From assembly GCF_006345805.1 (NCBI RefSeq), contig NC_043007.1:53320001-53384000 (forward strand): a stretch of 64,000 nt of DNA, given 5' to 3'. Positions 57,810 through 64,000 of the stretch are shown here, in pieces; the stretch's first letter is position 1, and the number at the start of each line of letters is the position of its first letter. The position numbers were made by a program, and so were the translations under genes. This DNA comes from Octopus sinensis (Eukaryota). The notes under the pieces are model-generated. The model did no database searches and was not told the origin of the DNA. It worked only from the letters and a program-made list of their open reading frames with translations.

Positions 57810-59825
57810 AGATAGAGTATCCAACATGTCCAGAGCCTGGAGACGTGACGAATTGGCGTTGTTCGTACGAGCCTGGAAATGCGCCGACGGAGATAACCCT
57901 AACAATGTAATTACGGCTGCGCTGAAGAGCGGCAGTTATAAAAGGACAATAGCTCAGATAGAGCGAAAGAAGCAGGAGTTCATACGCTCCTATGCGCTTG
58001 TACGATCGCACATTGGCACGCTTGATGTCATCTTTGCGAACGAGCAGGGCAAAGATGGCAAGGATGGAGACGCGGGTGGTGATGAAAGAAGTCACCCCCA
58101 CCTGGTGGACACCCGGGTAGAGGTTTTGAGTGAGAAACCTGCCCGGGAAGTGAACCCAAGTGCAAGTGCTCCTACCAGCAACAAAGGCCATGGAGATGAA
58201 GAACCCAAGGAAGAAATAGAGGGAGGAAGAACTAAAAGAAGGACTAAAAGAACTAAAAGAAAAGCTCAAGCAGGACCAAAGGGTGAAACAGCCAGGAATA
58301 AAAGTGGAACCACAAAGGATGGAAACAAACAGCGCACACGGGTGTGTAGGTTCTACCTGAGAGGTACCTGCTGGCATGGAGAGGAAGGTGCAGGCTGCCG
58401 CTTCGAACATCGGGGACCCTGCCGCAGAGACACGAAACAGATAAGAAACAAAACATCAACAAAAGGAAAAGGATGGACCGGCACCACCTGCCCCAAAACG
58501 GAGGTACGCAGATGTGGTGCGTGCCACAAAACCGCCAACATGATGTTGTTGAAAGGGCAGCTGCTGAGCAAGAATCTTTTTTGTGCATGGCACAAAGATT
58601 GTACGCAGCTAACCTGGCTTCTTCAAACCAAGCTCGCAGATGGGACTACCCACAATCTACAACCACCCACCACAGCAAACAGACCCCAGGTGGACACAAC
58701 AACGGCAACAACATACACCTCACCTCGATGCTCCTACTGAACATCAGAGGACTGCATACACTCATTAACAGGACACAAAACCCCGTTCTTGAGAGACTTT
58801 GTTGCATGCAATCAAGCCTTATGCATAGCACTTACGGAAACGCACCTGAAAACCGGACATAGCAGATGCGGAATTACACATACCACAGTATGTTGTACTA
58901 CGGACCGACAGAAAAGAAAGGAGTCATGGAGGAGTTGCTATGTACATCCGTGAGGACCTCACACCCCAGGTCCTTTTGTCATACTCAAACTCGGTGTGTG
59001 ACACACTAATTGTACATATAAGGCAACTTGATGTAGTTGTGTGTGCTACATATCGCCCTCCAGATGCCCCAAGCCATTTAGGCAAGTTTGAAGACTGCCT
59101 TATAGAAATAGAAGAAGTTCTAATCACATTAGAACAACACATAAGTGTACTTCTTATGGAAGACTTCAATCTACCCAATGTCAGATGGCCCGAGGGCCTT
59201 TCTCTCCCAGGAATGACAAGATGTGAACGAGGACAGGCGAGGTCCCTCCTGAACCTCATCAACACCCTGTACATGGAGCAAGTAATACTCCAACCAACCA
59301 GAGCAGGTAACACACTGGATCTCTGCTTCACAAATAATATGGATCTCATCCATAATGTGAAAGTGACACCGACACTACTCTCGGATCACAACATGGTAGA
59401 GCTGACCATGTACGGGCCAAAGAAAGCATGGACATGCAGCCTACAAGAAACCCTCAGAATCTTTCCAGCTTGAACTTCCATAAGGCAAACTGGAAACAAA
59501 TTGAGAAAGAGATCCTCAAACAAAACTGGCCTGAATGTCTCTCCTCGCCAGACATCGACGTGAAACTTCAACAATTCATGTCTGTAATGCAAGCCATATG
59601 CTACAAATGTGTCCCAGAGAGAAAGGCCACTGTACACAAGAACAAAATCCCCAGAGAGAGGAAAATTTTAATGAGACGGCGTACAAAAATTTCAAATCGC
59701 CTAAACAAACAAATTGAAAGCAGTGAAAAGTCCCGCCTGAAAATAAAACTGTTGGAAATTGAAAAATGTCTGCAACTCTCCCATGAAAAGGAAAGAGCAG
59801 ACAAAGAAGCAGACAAATTCGTATA
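57810..59825 (+). mobile_element. CR1-group LINE, 5' half (ORF1 plus endonuclease), 3'-truncated
   Basis: ORF1 57826-58740; ORF2 from ATG 58728 (LLNIRGL, LTETHL, GGVAMYIREDL, TYRPP, EDFNLP, PTRAGNTLDLCFTNN, SDHN, NFHKANW) with frameshifts; RT absent. Confidence 0.85.
57826..58740 (+). CDS. LINE ORF1 with CCCH-type zinc finger(s)
   Basis: CRFYLRGTCWHGEEGAGCRFEH followed by further Cys/His clusters; N-terminal helical W-x4-E-x3-F-x2-AW segment. Confidence 0.75.
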   Translation: MSRAWRRDELALFVRAWKCADGDNPNNVITAALKSGSYKRTIAQIERKKQEFIRSYALVRSHIGTLDVIFANEQGKDGKDGDAGGDERSHPHLVDTRVEVLSEKPAREVNPSASAPTSNKGHGDEEPKEEIEGGRTKRRTKRTKRKAQAGPKGETARNKSGTTKDGNKQRTRVCRFYLRGTCWHGEEGAGCRFEHRGPCRRDTKQIRNKTSTKGKGWTGTTCPKTEVRRCGACHKTANMMLLKGQLLSKNLFCAWHKDCTQLTWLLQTKLADGTTHNLQPPTTANRPQVDTTTATTYTSPRCSY

Positions 59826-60399
59826 AAATTGCATCAATGACTTGAACTTGAATAAGTGGTTTCACATAAATGGGGATACATTAAAAAGGTTTGTTGTTAT
59901 TATTATTACAGTTTGACTATTGTAATCACGTTTGTTGGTTCCTCGTCAGGGAAACGTTGTTGTGTTGCATTTGTTAAATAATTGTAAATCGTAACCCTCC
60001 CCCTTTCGGAGAAGGGGCTTTGGTTATTGCTTAAAAATTGAATTGTGTCCCTGTTTGGGAAAATTGACAATATTTTCACCGTCGTTACGAAAGCATTTTT
60101 GTTAAAATGCCTTCGATAGAAGAAAGTCCAAAATTGAATTTCGCTGCAGTCGTACACTTCTATACAAGAGGGAGGACAAGATCCAATTGATCGAAATTGC
60201 AAGAGACGGGCCTACAATTCCAGTCTGTTATATATTTTGAGTATTGTTATCACTAGCGATATGAAGATATAACTTTGTATTTTGTATTTTATGTGTAGAT
60301 GTATATATATAGATGTACATATAATATGTACACACATATATATACACATATATACATGCATAATATATCTACCCATACTTCACCGATGCTAATGCTTCT

Positions 60400-62900
60400 C
60401 TGTTGGCAGATGAACCAAGGGATAGCACACTCACTGCATTCTTCAAGCTTTGTCAAGTGGATCCATTCGCTCAAACCTTGCTGTATCCACAGATACCATC
60501 GTGTAACACTTGGAATGGAAAAAATTGGCCCCACGGAAAGCAGGTCAAAATGTTCATGGATACCCTGGCATTAAGTTTCACACTTGCCTTGGGTGAGTAT
60601 ACACAGTGCATCCCACTCAACAAGAGTGATTCTACCTTCGTCTACTACTGCATGAAGTCAGCCGGCCAACGTCTTTCCAGGCCCTAAAAACCGTTCATGG
60701 ACATTTGTGCACAACATACAGAGAAGCCTGCTATCGACAAGGTCTGTTAGAAGATGGTGCACAATGAGATGCAACTGTAGTGATCCTATACAACTGTGCG
60801 CGCGCGTGCGGGGTTGGTGCCTTCACCAAGGCAGAGGGGAAGAGCCCTCTCACGCATGCGCGAAGACCGGAAGAAGGGATTTGCTGTCGTGGCATTAGTT
60901 GAATGGCAGGGGAAAGCGAACCATAACAAAGAGGCAAGGGAGCGTAAAAACGTTGACCAACTAAGCGTCCAGAGACACGGCAGACAGCAGACAGCAGAAA
61001 GCCTTTCATTGAAGCAGACGCGTATTATCTTCGCTCTCTCCTGACGCCATTTTGACCAGTTCTGTTTGTAGTTGAACATTGTAAAATCTTACAGCGTTAA
61101 AGTTCAGCCTTGCACGCCCAGAACCAAGGGATACCCGATACACCACTTATTTCGTGTTGGATAAGACAATAAAGAGTATATATATTTTTTACGTTTGCGT
61201 CTTGTTGTTTCTGACTGGTAGAGTCTGGAAAGTAAAGCAACGGAAATCGTGATTGCACCAATTGCACCCAAAAAGTGCAATCAGCGACTCATTACCGTTA
61301 CACAACTTTAGGAGAGGCTGCTTTATCACAATCACTTAAAAGTCTCAGGGCACTATTTGCATTATTACTACAGGCATGCGAACTGTGTGATCCGGCCACT
61401 TTATGGCTCAAATATAGAGACAACCTGTCTGAAGACTTTCAGCGCCAACCTCAACTGCTCTATCCGGACATGGAGGGTATCAGCAATGAAATCTATAACA
61501 AAACACTCATTGACATTGAAGACAGAATTACTAAACTGGGTGGAAATGAATTGTCGACGTATGGCCTGCCACAAGCATTCAGGTCAGGGTCAAATAGCAT
61601 TTCCACTGCTGTCATTCGTGAAACAACCTACGACACTCAAGCGCTTTCAAAGTACATTGTTGAAAATGAGCCTAAATTACTTCCGGACCAGCTGCAGGCC
61701 TACAGAACTATTCTTAACAATGTACGCCAACACAAGGGACGAATCTTCTTCCTCGATGTTCCTGGAAGGACAGGAAAAACATTTATTACAAAGCTTCTCT
61801 TTGCTGAAATTAGGCAGCATCAGGACATTGCAGTAGCTGTAGCCTCCTCTGGCATTGCAGCTACTTTGTTACCCGGTGGCAGGACAGCACACTCAACTTT
61901 TAAGCTCCCTCTCAATTTAGCAGCATCCGAAATGCCTTCATGCAACATCATCAAAAGCTCAGATCAGGGACAAGTACTTAAAATGTGTCATCTAATTGTC
62001 TGGGACGAGTGCACTATGGCTCACATGGGAGCTTTGGAAGCATTAGATAGAACCATGAAAGACACCCGAGACTGTGGCATCATGTTACAATCCTCAGTCT
62101 CACCACTAACATGAGAGCTCAGCTACACGGTGACAAAATGTCCACAAAGTTTGCACAGGACATTTTGACACTTGGTAAAGGCAAGATGCGTCTCGGTACT
62201 GCTGGACAAATGGAAGTGTGGTCATTTTCCTTTGTTGTTAATTCTGTAGATGACCTCAACTTCACACAAAACTACCAAAATCACAATTGGCTGTGTGAAA
62301 GAGCAATATTAGCTCCAAATAACGTCGCTGTTAACAAAATTAATCAACAGCTAATGCATTCTCTTCCCGGCACTATACACACTTACAAGTCTGTTGATAC
62401 AATTCCAGATATAAATGATGTTGTGAACTATCCTCCTGAATTTCTCAATTCACTGGAGCCTCCTGGACTACCTGCTCACATATTAGCACTTAAAGTTGGA
62501 ACTCCTGTAATGCTACTCCGCAATCTGGAACCACCAAGACTTTGCAATGGAACACGACTGTTGATAAAGAAAATGATGTCACACGTTATCGAGGCGATCA
62601 TTCTTTCTGGGTGTGGAAAAGGTGATGACGTCTTTATTCCAAGAATTCCTCTTACTCCATCAGGAGCAGAAATTCCATTTACATTCAGAAGACTGCAGCT
62701 TTGCCATGTCCATTAACAAATCTGAGGGTCAAACCCTCTCTGTAGCTGGTCTTCTCTTGGAAGAGCCCTACTTCTCGCATGGGCAACTGTATGTTGGCTG
62801 CTCAAGAGTAGGAACCAAAAGAAACCTTTTTGTATATGCTCCACCAGGAAAAACAAGGAACATATACATGATCCGCTTTTTTTAACAAACTTCATGTACT
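60400..62900 (+). mobile_element. Helitron RepHel pseudogene (PIF1-type helicase half), interrupted by a solo LTR
   Basis: STLTAFFKLC..DPFA.TLLY (60403-60687); LRALFALLL..C..P..LW; FFLDVPGRTGKT, AVASSGIAATLL.GGRTAHS, IVWDEC, WLCERAILAP, PPGLPAH.L.LKVG.PVMLLRNL..P.LCNGTRL, FIPRIP, MSINKSEGQT, FSHGQLYVGCSRV. Confidence 0.93.
60776..61302 (+). mobile_element. Solo LTR (527 bp) related to element A LTRs
   Basis: TGTAGTGATCCTA...CCGTTACA; TSD CAAC (60772-60775, 61303-61306); excision restores the Helitron frame D-A-T-L-G-E-A; shares several blocks with 42347-42924. Confidence 0.92.
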
Positions 62901-63077
62901 TTCATGTATTTATATTAATATACATAAAATATTAGAAAAAAAACACCTTTTATCTATTCAAAATGAACAATTAAATTACACCATCTAGAAAATTACATAT
63001 CATAAAAAAGTTAAAATTAAAATGACAATTAAAAAGTAAAGATTAAATTACAAAAATAATATAATGTATATAATAGG

Positions 63078-63134
<57 letters not shown>

Positions 63135-63239
63135 ATTAAAGTTAATCCAAAGAAGAAAACACAAAAAAAAAACAACAGCGCGAGGACGTGGAACAAATAT
63201 AGTATTATTGGACGGTCAGGAAAGAAGGAAAGAGGAAAG

Positions 63240-63347
<108 letters not shown>

Positions 63348-63430
63348 CACACATATACTAAATGCTCCACTATATTAAATTGTAAATTGAAAGATTTGTC
63401 CTTCAATGTATGATGAGTAAATTTTCATAA

Positions 63431-63940
63431 AGTCCATACTTGAAAAAGAGACTCTCTTGTGTTGAAGTTACAAATGACAGAACACAAACTGACAATTGCT
63501 GAGTCTGTTGTCTGATCTTCAATTGATTTAGTCTAATATAGATATTAAGTTTTATCATACAGGAGCAAATGTTTCCACAAATTAAAGTAAAATGGTTTCA
63601 TTCAAATATTAGAATATCCTTTGTTCAATGTTGTATTTTTCAAAAATCAAAGCATATGTGTAGAACTGTGTGTGTGTGTGTGTGTGTGTTTAATACAGTC
63701 CATACTTGAAAAAGAGACTTTCTTGTGTTGAATTTACAAATGATAGAATACAAATTGACAACTACTGAGTCTGTTGTCTGATCTTCAATTGATTTAGTCT
63801 AATATCTCACAGATTGACAGTGAAATGGTTTCATTAAAATATTAGGATAGCCTTTGTTCAATGTTGTATTTTCAAAAAACAAAACATGTGTAGAACTCTG
63901 GGTGTGTGTGTGTGTGCGTGTGTGTGTGTGTGTGTGTATG
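63431..63940. repeat. Diverged ~266-bp tandem duplication, each unit ending in (TG)n
   Basis: AGTCCATACTTGAAAAAGAGAC starts at 63431 and 63697. Confidence 0.88.
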
Positions 63941-63966
63941 TATAAATAAATATATATATATATATA

Positions 63967-64000
63967 CTAGCATTATGACCCGTCGTTGCCAGGTCATAGT
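63967..64000 (-). mobile_element. 3' end of a non-autonomous Helitron (same family as 52764), continues beyond the window
   Basis: A|CTAGCATTATGACCCGTCGTTGCCAGGTCATAGT, containing the ATGACC/GGTCAT hairpin. Confidence 0.8.

Noticed and set aside
56860-57810. Pyrimidine-rich region with short local duplications and TAGA repeats
   Set aside because: Low-complexity sequence, possibly LINE 5' flank; no interpretable structure beyond slippage duplications.

Overview
AT-rich, microsatellite-laden animal genomic DNA. The SINEs, RTE tails and abundant (TA)n/(TG)n tracts look like octopus/cephalopod sequence (recognition from memory, not verified). The only host-gene signal is two candidate + strand exons (11922-11983 and 15180-15262) that splice in frame to a C-terminus ending in the peroxisomal targeting signal AKL. 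The rest is a nested pile of mobile elements: RTE, Tx1/L1 and CR1-type LINEs; three coding Penelope-like elements (PLEs) plus several orphan PLE termini; a young, nearly intact CsRn1-type Gypsy element; two nested non-autonomous tRNA-Trp-primed LTR elements; a solo LTR; a divergent PBS-less LTR element fused in frame to a LINE; mariner and Chapaev-like DNA transposon fossils; Helitrons; and tRNA-derived SINEs. Main discoveries: (1) eight hammerhead-ribozyme motifs from six PLE families, covering the canonical C3:G8 and the compensatory U3:A8 and G3:C8 core variants; (2) three partial PLE termini whose junctions all start at TGTA, 4 nt before the predicted ribozyme cleavage site, and PLE tails that end in (TA)n, often tail-to-tail as long palindromes; (3) a structured RNA motif (stem-A-GACC-loop-GGTC-RMGTAWWY-stem) shared by the 3' UTRs of two different LTR elements; (4) an in-frame LTR-pol/LINE-ORF2 chimera. 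All alignments and folds were done by eye; boundaries of old elements are approximate. No rRNA, true tRNA or CRISPR array was seen.
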